Assembly: GCA_963703955.1 (NCBI GenBank)
Contig: CAVPGK010000013.1
Location: 156,015-220,014, forward strand
Source of the DNA: Nitrospirota bacterium
Lineage (GTDB): Bacteria; Nitrospirota; Nitrospiria; Nitrospirales; Nitrospiraceae
Reading direction: 5' to 3'
Length of the DNA: 64,000 bases
Shown here: piece after piece, positions 9,997 through 21,303 of the stretch
Numbering within the stretch: position 1 is the first letter of the stretch
Layout of the letters: every line of letters begins with the position of its first letter
The notes under the pieces: generated by a model
Database searches by the model: none
Seen by the model: the letters and a program-made list of their open reading frames with translations, nothing else
What the model was told of the DNA's origin: nothing
Made by a program: the position numbers and the translations under genes

Positions 9997-10383
9997 TTAC
10001 TGCTTGCTCAGTGTCCGGATGTAGGCCAGCACATCTCTGGACTGCTGGTCGGAGAGGCGGAGCTTCCAGGCCGGCATGTTGGGTTTCCCTTCATGGATGG
10101 TCTTCAGCATGTCGGCGTCCGATTTTGCCTTGACCGAGGGGGAGGTGAGGTTTGCCGGGTCAGTGCCAAGCAACTTGTAGCCATCGCCTTTGCCTTCTGT
10201 TCCATGGCAAGCCGCACAGTGCCGCACGTACAGTTCCTTCCCTCTGGCCGCACGGCCGCTTTTCGACGGAGGCTGGCCCGCCACGGCGCTCCAGATCGGA
10301 GGACCAAGAACGAGCGTGGTTGCGATGAAGACCAACACTCCGAGATGGGTGTTTATCGTAGGATTCCCTCCACAGCCACGCAC
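9997..10383 (-). CDS. Monoheme class I cytochrome c (true start uncertain)
   Basis: Hydrophobic leader, CAACH, axial Met in MPAW. Confidence 0.85.
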   Translation of the reverse strand: MRGCGGNPTINTHLGVLVFIATTLVLGPPIWSAVAGQPPSKSGRAARGKELYVRHCAACHGTEGKGDGYKLLGTDPANLTSPSVKAKSDADMLKTIHEGKPNMPAWKLRLSDQQSRDVLAYIRTLSKQ

Positions 10384-13300
10384 GGCGGCTCTGTCTCTGC
10401 CGAAACCTTCCTGCGACCGGGCTCACTTCCTGAACGCCGATCTTCGAACCACCGAAACATAGCAGGCAGCACCACCAGCGTCAACAGGGTCGAGGTCAAC
10501 GTGCCACCGAGCACGACGATGGCCAGAGGTCGCTGGACCTCTGCTCCGATTCCCTGCGCCACGGCCAGCGGGAGAAGCCCCAGCAGCGTCGTCAGCGCGG
10601 TCATCAGGATTGGCCGCAGTCGTCGCAGACAGCCGGTGACGACCGCGTCGTCCACGGACAACCTCTCCTGCCGCAAGTCGTGGATGTGAGTGACAAGGAC
10701 GAGCCCGTTTCCCACCGCGACGCCGAACAGGCTGATAAACCCCAGCGACGCCGGGACGCTCAAGTACTCGCCGGTCAGCCACAGTGCCCACACGCCACCG
10801 ACCAGGGCAAAGGGAAGATTCAGAATGATCAGTGTTGCGTAGCGCAGCGAGTGCAAGGAGGAAAACAACAGTAGAAAGATCAAGGCGATCGTGACCGGCA
10901 CCACGATCTGAAGGCGCGCCATGGCCCGCTGCATGTTCTCGAACGCGCCGCTCCACCGGATGGCATAGCCGGGAGGCAGCGGCAGTTGCGCCTCGATCTT
11001 CTGCTGAGCCTCTGCAACCACGCTGCCGATGTCGCGGCCCGATACGTTGAAGCCGATTGCGATCTTCCGCTTGAGCCCCTCCCGGCTGATGTGAGCGGAG
11101 CCTTCGCGCAGTTCGATCGCGGCCAGATCGCTCAACGGTATGTGCGCTCCGGTCGGAGTTTCCACCAGAATGTTGCCGATGGCTTTCACGCTGCTCCGGT
11201 CTGACGCCGGAAACCGGAGGGTCAGATCAAACCGGCGTTCACGCTCATACACCTGCGTCGCGGCTTTGCCGCCGACGGCTGTCGCGATGATCTCCTGAAC
11301 CTCCATCACGTTCATGCCGAAGCGCGCGATCTTGTCCCGATCGACGGTTACGGTCAGGTACGTCTGCCCGAACAATTGCTCCATTTTTACGTCTCTCACT
11401 CCGGCCACCGTTTTGAGGATATCCGTAATCTGTTCCGCGCCGGATTTGAGAACGTCCAGGTCTTCTCCGGAAAGCTTGATCGAGACCTCGGTACGAAACC
11501 CGGAGATCAGTTCATCCACGCGTTCCTGAATGGGCTGGCTCATCAGGACTGCGATGCCGGGAATCTCGGCCAGACGCCGGCGCATGGCCTCAACCAGGTC
11601 CGGCTTGCGCGTGGCCGTGGTCCACGTCTCGCGAGGGCGGAGCAATACTACCGGATCGCTTTCATACGGCTCCTCGGGTGTCGTTGCAATTTCGGGGCGG
11701 CCGATCTTGCTCACCACCATGGTCGTCTCGGGAAATTGCAACATGGCGTGTTGCGCCTGCCGTTCCAACTCGATCGAGTGCGGCAGGGACACGCTGGGGT
11801 GACGGATGATCTGAGGGGTGAGCGCGCCTTCATCCATGATCGGCACGAATTCTCTTCCCAGAAACGGCAACAACGCGAGGCTGACGAGGAAAAGAACAGC
11901 CGCGACCCCAACGACCGCAAACCGATGGCCGAGGGTCCAGCGAAGAACGGGGAGATAGAGGCGTTTGAGCCACCGCATGAGGATCAGGTCCTCTTCTCGG
12001 CCTCCTCGCAGAATCAGCGAGCAGAGGACAGGGGAGAGCGTGAGCGACAGCACCAAAGAGATGAGGAGCGCGATCACCATCGTCGCGGCGAGCGGCTTGA
12101 ACATCTTCCCTCCATCCCCTGCAGGGTCAGGAGTGGGAGAAAGACGACACTGATGATCAGAATGCTGAACGCGATGGGCCGGGCCACTTCTTTGGCGGCC
12201 TGTAAGACCGTTTCTTGCCGAGTCCGGAAGCGACGCCCGGCCGTTGAAAGGAAATGATAGGCGTTCTCCCACCACCACAATGGAGCCGTCGGCAATCTCC
12301 CCGATGGCAATCGCCATCCCGCCCAGCGACATGAGGTTGGCCGTGAGCCCCACCTCGCGCATCACGATGAACGTTGCCAATGGAGTCAGGATGAGGATAC
12401 AGGTCACAATCACCGCGCCGCGCAAGTTGCCCAGGAACGGCAATGAGACCAGGATCAGCAGCGTCACCCCTTCGAGCAGCGCGTAGTTTACGGTCGCCAG
12501 TGCGGCGGTGATCAGCTCGATCCGGTCATAGAAGGGGATGATCCTCAGTCCATCGGGGAGCAGTTGCTGGCGGTGAATGTCGGCGACCTTTTCCTTGACC
12601 GCCTGCACGACCTCTCTGGCATTCGCGCCTCGCAGCATGAGCACGATCCCAGCCACCGCCTCGTGGCCGTTCACCAAGGCCGCGCCATGCCGCACCGCAT
12701 GCCCGATGCGGACCTCAGCGAGGTCGCGGACGAAGACCGGTGTGCCTCCGCGCTCTTTGACGACGATGTTCTCGATGTCCGTGACGGTCTGAATCAAGCC
12801 AATGCCTCGAACGATATACTGCTCGGTGTATCGTTCTAGGATGTTCCCCCCGGTGTTGAGGTTGTTCTTGGCGACGGCCTCAAAGACATCGTGCAATGCC
12901 AGGTCGTACTTCCGGAGCCGTGCCGGGTCCACCACCACCTGATATTGTTTGACGAACCCGCCCAGTGAATTCACTTCGATGACCCCAGGGATCCCCTTGA
13001 GGAGCGGCCGGATGACCCAATCCTGGATCGTGCGCATATCCATCAGCCTGCGCTGGTCTGCGGTAGGATCCGCGATCGGGTCAAGACCAGTCGGTCCGGC
13101 CAAGTAGTATTGGTAGACCTCTTCCAGCCCGGAGGAGATGGGCGTCATGACCGGCTCGATTCCGGGCCGGAGCTTGTTCTTCACCTCTATCAAGCGTTCC
13201 AGTACCAGTTGGCGAGCAAAATAGATGTCCATCGCGTCCTGAAACACCACCGTGATCTGCGACAGACCGAACTTGGAGAGCGAGCGCAACTCGGTCAGGC

Positions 13301-13532
13301 CGGGAAGCCCCATGAGTTGGATCTCAATCGGAATCGTGACGAAACGTTCCATTTCAATCGGGGATTGGCCGGGCGCCTGAGCGACGACCATGACCTGGAT
13401 ATTCGTCACGTCCGGAAAGGCGTCAATCGGAATCTTGCGATATGCGTGGATGCCCGCCGCCAGCAGGAGGCAGGCAAGCCCGATCACCAACACGGGCTGG
13501 CGAAGCGAAAACTTGAGTGTCCTTGAGATCAT
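10353..13532 (-). CDS. CusA/CzcA-family heavy-metal RND transporter with two compensating frameshifts near 12110-12270
   Basis: IDAFPDVTN, NLMSLGG, RLRPILMTA and GAEVQRPLA motifs; the conserved ENA...EVARPIAFSILII segment lies in another frame (ORF 12074-12310). Confidence 0.92.
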   Translation of the reverse strand: MISRTLKFSLRQPVLVIGLACLLLAAGIHAYRKIPIDAFPDVTNIQVMVVAQAPGQSPIEMERFVTIPIEIQLMGLPGLTELRSLSKFGLSQITVVFQDAMDIYFARQLVLERLIEVKNKLRPGIEPVMTPISSGLEEVYQYYLAGPTGLDPIADPTADQRRLMDMRTIQDWVIRPLLKGIPGVIEVNSLGGFVKQYQVVVDPARLRKYDLALHDVFEAVAKNNLNTGGNILERYTEQYIVRGIGLIQTVTDIENIVVKERGGTPVFVRDLAEVRIGHAVRHGAALVNGHEAVAGIVLMLRGANAREVVQAVKEKVADIHRQQLLPDGLRIIPFYDRIELITAALATVNYALLEGVTLLILVSLPFLGNLRGAVIVTCILILTPLATFIVMREVGLTANLMSLGGMAIAIGEIADGSIVVVGERLSFPFNGRASLPDSARNGLTGRQRSGPAHRVQHSDHQCRLSPTPDPAGDGGKMFKPLAATMVIALLISLVLSLTLSPVLCSLILRGGREEDLILMRWLKRLYLPVLRWTLGHRFAVVGVAAVLFLVSLALLPFLGREFVPIMDEGALTPQIIRHPSVSLPHSIELERQAQHAMLQFPETTMVVSKIGRPEIATTPEEPYESDPVVLLRPRETWTTATRKPDLVEAMRRRLAEIPGIAVLMSQPIQERVDELISGFRTEVSIKLSGEDLDVLKSGAEQITDILKTVAGVRDVKMEQLFGQTYLTVTVDRDKIARFGMNVMEVQEIIATAVGGKAATQVYERERRFDLTLRFPASDRSSVKAIGNILVETPTGAHIPLSDLAAIELREGSAHISREGLKRKIAIGFNVSGRDIGSVVAEAQQKIEAQLPLPPGYAIRWSGAFENMQRAMARLQIVVPVTIALIFLLLFSSLHSLRYATLIILNLPFALVGGVWALWLTGEYLSVPASLGFISLFGVAVGNGLVLVTHIHDLRQERLSVDDAVVTGCLRRLRPILMTALTTLLGLLPLAVAQGIGAEVQRPLAIVVLGGTLTSTLLTLVVLPAMFRWFEDRRSGSEPGRRKVSAETEPPCVAVEGILR

Positions 13533-14761
13533 GGGATCAAGGCGGATCGTTGGCGGCTCGCTAACTCGGACTTCAATTCGAAGGCGCCGGTGGTCACAAC
13601 CAACTCGCCTTCATGAAGGCCGTCCAGCACTTTGACCATACCGTCGCTTTCGTCGCCGAGGCGTATCGGCCTCCGGACGAACTCCCGTTCGCCGGTTTGG
13701 ACAAAGGCCACATGCTCTCCTCCGTCCTGCTGGACGGCTCTCGCGGGAACCAGAAGCGTACCAGGCTCGGGTGATCCCCATACGCGGACCCGTGCGTACA
13801 TTTCGGGCTTGAGACGACGGTGAGGATTGGGGACCAACACGCGAAGCCGCAACGTCCTCGTGGCCGGGTCTAGGACGTCGCTCACGTATGTGATCCGCCC
13901 TTGGAACGTTTCGTCGGGATAGGCGGTAAGCCGTACCTCGACATGTTGCTCTCCAGTGATATGGATCACATCCTTCTCAGGCACGTTCGCGACCACCCAC
14001 ACGTCGGAGAGGTCGGCGAGCACAAAGAGCTTCTCGGTTGTTTCCACGACCTCCCCAAGAGTCAGATTTCGAGCGATCACGCGACCCGTGAACGGCGCAT
14101 GGATCGGGACCGTGGAACGAATCGTCTGATCCCGGGCCAGGCGCCGAATGCTCTCCTCCGTCATACCCAGAAGACGCAGCCGATCGCGCGCTTCCCGAGT
14201 CTCGGCCCTGACGCTGAGCAGGTCTCCTTCCCGGCGCTGGTATTCCGCCTGTCCGATGACTTTCTCTTCTAAGAGGTGCCGGGCTCGAGTGAACGCCTGC
14301 TCGGCGACCGACTGTTTCGCGTTTGCTTTTAGGTAAGACGATTGCGCGAAGCCCAGTTCGCTGCTGTAGAGGGTGGCGAGCAGATCGCCCGCCTTTACGT
14401 CCTGCCCGAGGTCCACGCGGATATCCATGGCGCGCCCTCGCACCAGCGTGGTAATGTCGGCGACCCGGTTCGCGTTCGGTTGGACCGTCGCCGGAAAGTC
14501 CAGAAAGGTGCGGAACTCACCACGAGTCACCGGCTGGACCTGGACCCGAGCGCGGTCGCTCTCTTCACCGGACAAGTGAATGACGCTGGTGGGAGGTGAA
14601 GGGCTTGATAATTTGGCGTCGGCAGCCTCATACGGAGCCTTATCACAGGCGGCGAGAAGGAGAGTGAAGGCGCACAGTGCTGCGCTCAGGGTGCTTGATT
14701 GTTGTCTTGTCTGGCCGGATGAGTCGCGAGGGGCAGAAGTTTTAGCGTGAGGGATCCTCAT
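13529..14761 (-). CDS. RND periplasmic adaptor (CusB/CzcB-like), probable lipoprotein
   Basis: Lipobox-like LLAAC; DLSDVWV, LDPATRT and LKPEMY motifs; overlaps the cusA start; ATG 14761 preferred to 15277. Confidence 0.9.
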   Translation of the reverse strand: MRIPHAKTSAPRDSSGQTRQQSSTLSAALCAFTLLLAACDKAPYEAADAKLSSPSPPTSVIHLSGEESDRARVQVQPVTRGEFRTFLDFPATVQPNANRVADITTLVRGRAMDIRVDLGQDVKAGDLLATLYSSELGFAQSSYLKANAKQSVAEQAFTRARHLLEEKVIGQAEYQRREGDLLSVRAETREARDRLRLLGMTEESIRRLARDQTIRSTVPIHAPFTGRVIARNLTLGEVVETTEKLFVLADLSDVWVVANVPEKDVIHITGEQHVEVRLTAYPDETFQGRITYVSDVLDPATRTLRLRVLVPNPHRRLKPEMYARVRVWGSPEPGTLLVPARAVQQDGGEHVAFVQTGEREFVRRPIRLGDESDGMVKVLDGLHEGELVVTTGAFELKSELASRQRSALIP

Positions 14762-15240
14762 GATCCTATAGCATCCCTTGCAGGGAGCCGGTGGATTGAC
14801 GTATTCAGCCTTCTCTTTCAGCCAGCCGAAGTATCCCACCAACGTACCCCGAGCATATTTGGTGCCCGTAGGACTCTGACACACTAAGTACGCAAATAGT
14901 AATAGTAATAGCTGCCTGATCAAAAAGACAATGCTTTCTGATGGATAGTAACGTATTCCACCTAGACACACAGTGTTATTAGACCCGATAGCCATCAACA
15001 TCGACAAGACAAGCGGGGATTGGACACGAGTCCCACCAAGCCCCTCGCGGGTCCAAGATGGTTGAGAGTAATTATGCCCCTCAGGGTCATCGGTGATCGT
15101 AGCAAAATGCCACCGATGGGGAAGTGACTTCTTCGCCTCAGAACAGCCTGGCGGGCTGTCAGCGGAGACACAGAGTGAGTGAGATGGTATGAAGCTTGCT
15201 CGCAATAAGAGAATGCGCTGTAGGCTATGCTCGGAAGCAG

Positions 15241-16175
15241 ATGATGATGAACATCCTGTTTGCGGCGGATCAATCACGAGACTCTAAGGCAGCTTCGCAT
15301 TTCCTCCGTGGCGTTCGATTCCCGGCCGGTTCCATGCTGTCGATTCTGCACGTCATGGAGGCGTGCCGGATACCGGCTGCTTTTCTCGGTTCGTCGCCTG
15401 ACGCCGAACAACAGGTTGCGACGCTACGCCATGAGACTAAGGTGAGAGCCGGCGGACTCCTCCGGAAGATAGCGGAACTATTGCGGGGGCGAGGCCTGCG
15501 TGTTCGATCCTTCGTTGAGGAAGGGCTGCCGGTCCCGGTAATTTTGGAGACGATCGATCGAGACGGCATCGATCTGGCTGTCCTAGGAACCCGGGGACTC
15601 CGGTGTGAAGCGGTTTTTTCTCGGTAGTGTGAGCGATCTGACGTTGAGTTACGCCTCGTGTTCGGTCTTGGTGGTTCGAGGCCGACCTCGGTGGGCCGAC
15701 CCGGGTCGGACTCGCGGAATGCAGGTGGTGTTGGCACTGGACGGGTCTCAGGATGCACTGGGGGCGGCGAAATTCCTGAAGAGACTCAAGCTGCCCCCAT
15801 CATCGCTGATCACGCTGGTGTATGTCATGGAGGAGACGGATGATGTGGTGTCACGACTTCTCGTGACGCATCGTCCCGAATCTCCGACGCATGGGGAAAG
15901 CCTTGGCGCGTTCGAGCAAGCAGCGTGGGGCCGAATTACTGGAGAAGGTTCGGCGTCTGATGAAACCCGCGAAATGGAAGTTGCAAACGCTTCTTGCTGA
16001 GGGACATCCTGCGGAAGAGATCCTGAAGGCGGCCAAACGGCTCCGTGCGGACTTGGTCGTGATGGGTTCCAGGGGGCTGACCGGGATGGAGAAAATCCTG
16101 CTTGGGAGCGTCTCTGCTAAAGTGACGCGCCATGCAGCGTGTTCGGTTCTCGTGGTCGGGACGAAAGGCGCCTGA
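15241..16175 (+). CDS. Tandem USP, frameshifted in three pieces
   Basis: Consecutive USP segments in ORFs 15196-15627, 15605-16000 and 15891-16175. Confidence 0.8.
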
Positions 16176-16192
16176 CAGGGTATCCCGGGGAG

Positions 16193-17202
16193 ATGATGGC
16201 CTGGGTCACATTCTTGGCGAGCGCGGTCGTGATCGTCTACGCCGGAACGAAGTTGTCCCAATACGGTGACCGGATCGCCGAGCAAACCGGGCTGGGGGGA
16301 TTATCGATCGGTGTCGTTCTGATGGCCTCCGTCACCTCGTTGCCGGAAGTTCTGACAACGATCAGCGCCGGATTGCTCGATGCGCCCGATCTGGCCGTGG
16401 GAGATCTCCTGGGCGCGGGTCTCACCAATATGCTTACGCTCGGCTTCATTGATCTGGTCCATCGGCAGAAACGAGTCTGGCAACCACGGCGCTCGAACAG
16501 ACGCTGGTCGCAGGTCTGGCCACCGGGCTCACCGGCCTCGCCGCCCTGTTTCTCTTGATCAGGGCCTCGCCGAGTCTGTGGGGGATCGGCTTCGATACGG
16601 TTCTCATTGCGGTAACGTATGTGCTGGGGATGCGGGTCGTGTACCGTCAGGAAGATATGCGTCGCCGTCGAGAAGGAACGCGAGAGAGTGGTGGAAGCGG
16701 AACACGATGAACGAAAGACTCCATCCGGTCTGAGGCGCAGCGTGATCGGCTTTACTATGGCGGCGCTTGCCGTCATGGCGGCTGCTACGTTGCTGGCTGC
16801 GTCGGCTCGGGAGATTGCGGTGGCGAGCGGGATCAGCACAACCTTCATCGGTACGTCTTTGGTGGCGGTCACTACTTCTTTGCCCGAACTGGTCACCGCG
16901 CTGGCGGCCGTGCGCCTGGGTGCGTTTGACTTGGCGGTGGGCGACTCTGTTGCGGCAGCAATGCCTTCAATATGGCTGCGCTCGTGTTTGCGGATGCCGC
17001 CTATCGCCGTGGGCCGCTCTTGAGCGCGGTGACCGGTGCGCATACCGTCACGGCACTGGTGAGTATCCTCCTCATGACCGTGGGACTGATGGGGATTATC
17101 TATCGTGCGGAAAAACGGTTCCTGCTGATCGAGCCCGACAGCCTCCTGTTAATCATCGGCTATGGCCTGGGAATGTGGTTGGTGTTTCGTGTCGCGGCGT
17201 GA
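16193..17202 (+). CDS. Sodium:calcium antiporter (CaCA family), frameshifted
   Basis: Two alpha-repeat motifs VTSLPE and TTSLPE, each followed by DLAVGD; split across several frames. Confidence 0.82.
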
Positions 17203-17205
17203 CCC

Positions 17206-19929
17206 ATGATGAAGGTGACGGATATCAAAGAACAGTCGCCGCTCTGGCATACGCTGTCGCATGAGGCGCTGAGCGCGGAACTTCGAACCGACCCGACCTC
17301 CGGGCTGACAGACGAAGAGGCCCGTCGTCGTCTTGCGGCTCACGGCTCGAATGAACTACCGGCTGCCGCGCCCATCTCGCCGCTCGCTTTGTTGCTGCGA
17401 CAGTTCTCCAGCTTGATTATTTGGGTGTTACTCGGAGCGGCAATCATCTCTGGGCTGCTGCAGGAGTGGGTCGATGCGGCGGCGATTGTGGCCATCGTGG
17501 TGCTCAATGCGCTTCTCGGGTTCGTGCAGGAATACAAAGCCGAGCGATCGCTGGCTGCGCTCAAGAAATTGTCGGTGGCCTGTGCCCGCGTGGTGAGAGA
17601 GGGGACGAGCCGGGCGATCCCAGCGCGTGATCTGGTGCCCGGCGATCTCATTCAAGTCGAAGCCGGTGACAACATTCCCGCCGACGCCCGCCTCGTCTAT
17701 GCCTCGGCCCTGCGGACGCATGAAGCGGCGCTGACCGGTGAATCGATCCCAATCGACAAAGTATCTGACGTCATCCCGAGCAAGAGCGTGCCGGTGGCGG
17801 ATCGGCGCAATATGGTCTTTCTGGGAACGGACGCGACGGCCGGGAAAGGCCGGGCGGTCGTTGTGGCAACCGGCGCCCACACGGAGCTGGGGCGCATCGC
17901 TTCCCTCATCCAAGAGGCAGAGGTAGAGTCTACGCCCTTGCAACGACGACTCGACCAACTCGGCCATGTCCTCTTGTACTTCTCCCTGGGTATCGTCACC
18001 GTCGTCTTCCTATTGGGCCTGCTGCGCGGCGAGCCGCCGGTCAACATGTTCCTTACCGCCGTGAGTCTGGCCGTGGCCGCCATTCCCGAGGGCTTGCCGG
18101 CCATCGTCACCATCGCCCTTGCATTGGGGGTCACGAGGATGGTCAAACGCCATGCCCTCATCCGCCGCCTGCCGGCTGTGGAAACGCTCGGCTCCACGAC
18201 GGTGATTTGCACGGACAAGACGGGCACGCTGACCAAGAACGAGATGACCGTCACGGCGCTTTATCATGACGGACACCGCTACCAGGTGACCGGAGAAGGC
18301 TATGCACCGGAGGGGACGATCCTGGAATCGGGCAGCGCGGTTCCTGCCGACCGCATCGGCCTTCAGGCGCTCCTGAGGGCCGGCGTCCTCTGCAACGGCG
18401 CCGACCTCAGACAGCAGGAGGGCGCGTGGAGCATTGTCGGCGATCCGACCGAAGGGGCGCTCTTGGTCGTGGCAGCCAAAAGACAGATACGCAAGGAACA
18501 CCTGGAGGCGGAACAACCGGTGCTAGGGGAGGTGCCATTCGATCCGGAGCGCAAGATGATGACGGTCGTCCGAAGGTCACGCGAAGGCCTGATCGCCTAC
18601 GTCAAGGGGGCACCGGATGTGCTGCTCAGACGCTGCACGTCGTATCTCACCATCGACGGACAGGTGCAAGGATTGCGCGAGGATGACCGCCTTTGCATTC
18701 TTGCCGCGAACGACGACTTTACTCGCGAGGCCCTCAGAGGACTCGCAATCGCCATGCGGCCCTTGAAGGAACCGCCGGACACATTCTGTTCAGAGGAACT
18801 CGAACGCGACCTGATATTTCTCGGCCTGGCGGCCATGCAGGATCCATTGCGGCCGGAGGCCAAGCAGGCGGCTCAGGCCTGCCGAGAGGCGGGCATTCGC
18901 ACCGTGATGATCACAGGTGATCACAAGAACACCGCCATCGCCGTTGCGAGAGAGTTGGGGATTCTGAACGGACACGAAGCGGTGACCGGGATAGAGTTGG
19001 ACCGATTCAGCGACACTACCCTGGCCGAGCGAATCGAGCGGATCGCGGTGTATGCGCGCGTCTCCGCCGAGCATAAGCTACGCATCGTCCGAGGGTGGAA
19101 GGCGCGTGGCGCCGTGGTGGCCATGACGGGTGATGGGGTCAATGACGCTCCCGCGATCAAAGAGGCGGATATCGGAATCGCCATGGGACTGACCGGCACG
19201 GATGTGACCAAGGAAGCGTCCGACATGGTCGTGACCGACGACAACTTCGCCTCCATTGCCGCAGCGGTCGAAGAAGGCCGCGGTGTCTATGAGAACATTC
19301 GCAAGGCGGTGCACTACCTTCTGTCGTGCAACGTCAGTGAAATTCTGCTCATGTTGTTGACAAGCCTCCTGGCGCTTCCTCTGCCGCTTCTGCCTGTCCA
19401 GATTCTGTGGATCAATCTCGTCACCGATGGCCTTCCGGCGTTGGCGCTCGCGGCGGATCCGAACGCGCCTGACCTCATGCGGCGGGCTCCGCGCTCGTCG
19501 CAACAACGGTTCCTGACCGCTCACCGAATGCGGGTGATCTTCGCGCAGGGGTTCTTTCTTGCAGTGATTCCGTTCGTGATCTTTGTGTACGCGCTGTATG
19601 GTCCCGGTCATAGCCTGGAACAGGCGCGAACCTCGACGTTCACCCTCCTGGTGTTGGTGCAACTCTTCCACGCCTTTAATTGTCGGAGCGACCGGCATTC
19701 ACTTTTCACCGTGGGGATCCGGACGAATATGCCACTCGTATGGGCGGTGACCGGCTCTCTGGTTCTCCAAGCGGGAATTGCCTTCCTGCCATGGGCACGG
19801 GAAATCTTTGATACGGCCCCGCTCGACATGGAGCAATGGGTAGGCTTACTCCTGATCGGGACCTTGCCGCTATTCGCGATGGAAGCCTACAAAACCATGA
19901 AGCGCCCGCGTGGATCGCCTTGCCCATAA
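17206..19929 (+). CDS. Cation-translocating P-type ATPase (P2A, Ca2+-type)
   Basis: TGES, PEGL, DKTGT, KGAPD, TGDGVNDAP and QILWINLVTDG motifs. Confidence 0.95.
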   Translation: MMKVTDIKEQSPLWHTLSHEALSAELRTDPTSGLTDEEARRRLAAHGSNELPAAAPISPLALLLRQFSSLIIWVLLGAAIISGLLQEWVDAAAIVAIVVLNALLGFVQEYKAERSLAALKKLSVACARVVREGTSRAIPARDLVPGDLIQVEAGDNIPADARLVYASALRTHEAALTGESIPIDKVSDVIPSKSVPVADRRNMVFLGTDATAGKGRAVVVATGAHTELGRIASLIQEAEVESTPLQRRLDQLGHVLLYFSLGIVTVVFLLGLLRGEPPVNMFLTAVSLAVAAIPEGLPAIVTIALALGVTRMVKRHALIRRLPAVETLGSTTVICTDKTGTLTKNEMTVTALYHDGHRYQVTGEGYAPEGTILESGSAVPADRIGLQALLRAGVLCNGADLRQQEGAWSIVGDPTEGALLVVAAKRQIRKEHLEAEQPVLGEVPFDPERKMMTVVRRSREGLIAYVKGAPDVLLRRCTSYLTIDGQVQGLREDDRLCILAANDDFTREALRGLAIAMRPLKEPPDTFCSEELERDLIFLGLAAMQDPLRPEAKQAAQACREAGIRTVMITGDHKNTAIAVARELGILNGHEAVTGIELDRFSDTTLAERIERIAVYARVSAEHKLRIVRGWKARGAVVAMTGDGVNDAPAIKEADIGIAMGLTGTDVTKEASDMVVTDDNFASIAAAVEEGRGVYENIRKAVHYLLSCNVSEILLMLLTSLLALPLPLLPVQILWINLVTDGLPALALAADPNAPDLMRRAPRSSQQRFLTAHRMRVIFAQGFFLAVIPFVIFVYALYGPGHSLEQARTSTFTLLVLVQLFHAFNCRSDRHSLFTVGIRTNMPLVWAVTGSLVLQAGIAFLPWAREIFDTAPLDMEQWVGLLLIGTLPLFAMEAYKTMKRPRGSPCP

Positions 19930-19948
19930 TCACGAGCAGCCGACGTCT

Positions 19949-19978
19949 CCCCGGCGTCGTATCTCTTTGACGCCGGGG
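19949..19978 (+). terminator. Stem-loop after the ATPase, possible terminator
   Basis: CCCCGGCGTC-N10-GACGCCGGGG; no U-tract. Confidence 0.35.
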
Positions 19979-20347
19979 GCACCGACGAATGGAAATAGTT
20001 TAAGGAGGTCAGGACTATTCTAGGCGGCGTTCTACGGGGTACATGTAGTACTTTGCCGCCACACGCTCCGGTGGTGTCATCGAAATCATTGACGACGAGG
20101 GACGTTGAGGTGGTGTTGTGGGCGCTTTGGCCGAATGCGAGTCAGCCCACTCTTACAGCTGAATTGGGGAGTGGTTGGATTCAGAATACCTCCGGCGTGA
20201 ACGATTCCTAATTTATGGCCATCGAGAAGCATTTATCAGGTCCAAGGCCATCAAGCCTGCAACGATTGAGGGATACCGCTGCAGTCACTGCGGCAAAATC
20301 TAAGTGGTCCCGCTTTCCAAAGCTACTCCCGCTCTCCGCGCCTTCCG

Positions 20348-21303
20348 CTATTCAAGCGGGATGCGTGTCTTGTTGTGGGCGAGCCACGTGTCGAAGGTCT
20401 GCAGCGCGGGGTTGAGGGACGCGGGCGACGCCGAGGTTGCGCGCGCCGCAGAAGACCTCCTCGAAGTCGCGCTTGAACTGGAACATGTTGCCGAGATCCT
20501 CGGCGCCCGGGAAACCGAAGCTCGCGGTACACCTCCGGCGACACGTCGTTGTAGCGCACCTCCTGACCCAGCGCCTTGCGTGAGCGCGGCGGCCATCTGC
20601 GCGCCGGTCAGGTGCTCGCCGGCGATGCCGACGGTCTTGCCGATGAACTCGCGGCCCTTCTTGAAGATGCCGTAGGCGCACTTGCCGATGTCCTCGGCGG
20701 CGATGCCCGGAAGCTTCTTGTCGCCCATCGGGCAGCGTGATCGCCAGCTTGCCGTCCGGACCTTTCTTGGGACCCATGCCGAAGTAGATCAGGTTGTCCC
20801 AGTAGAACGACGTCAGCAGAAACGTCGTCGGCACGCCGAGCTCGGTGAACAGCTGGTCGGCTTCGCCCTTGGCGTCGAAGTGCGGCACCTTGTACTTGCC
20901 CATCAGGGTGGGCATGCGGTTGTCGCTGAGCGGCACCCACTTGCGCGTGTCTTCGAGCGTGGACCAGATGACGTGCTGGAGGCCGGCGTGCTTCGCCGCC
21001 TGGGCCATGTTCTTCGCCTGGGCCAATTCCTTCTCGGGCGAGAAGTGCGCCCAGAAGAAGGTGACGCAGAACGCCCCGTACGCGCCTTCGAACGCCCGCT
21101 TCAGGCTCTCGACGTCGTCGACATCGGCGGCGACGACCTCGGCGCCCAGCCTGGCCAGCTCTTTCGCCTTGTCGGAGTTGACGTCTGCGCGTCAGCGCCC
21201 GCGCGGCGAAATCGCCGCCCTTGTCGTTCAGGATGGCGCGGACCAAGCCGCCGCCCTGCGCGCCGGTTGCGCCCACCACCGCGATGATCTTTTTCTCCGA
21301 CAT
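20348..21303 (-). CDS. NmrA/HSCARG-family NAD(P)-binding protein, frameshifted
   Basis: VVGATGAQGG start, VPHFDAKG, FPGAEDLGNMF; pieces in three frames; very high GC3. Confidence 0.85.

Noticed and set aside
14986..14999. Possible FNR/CRP box CCGAT-N4-ATCAA
   Set aside because: Only one half-site matches, which is within chance expectation
14762..15277. N-terminal 172 aa of the 582-aa ORF
   Set aside because: No family motif and it overlaps the divergent USP start; more likely intergenic DNA
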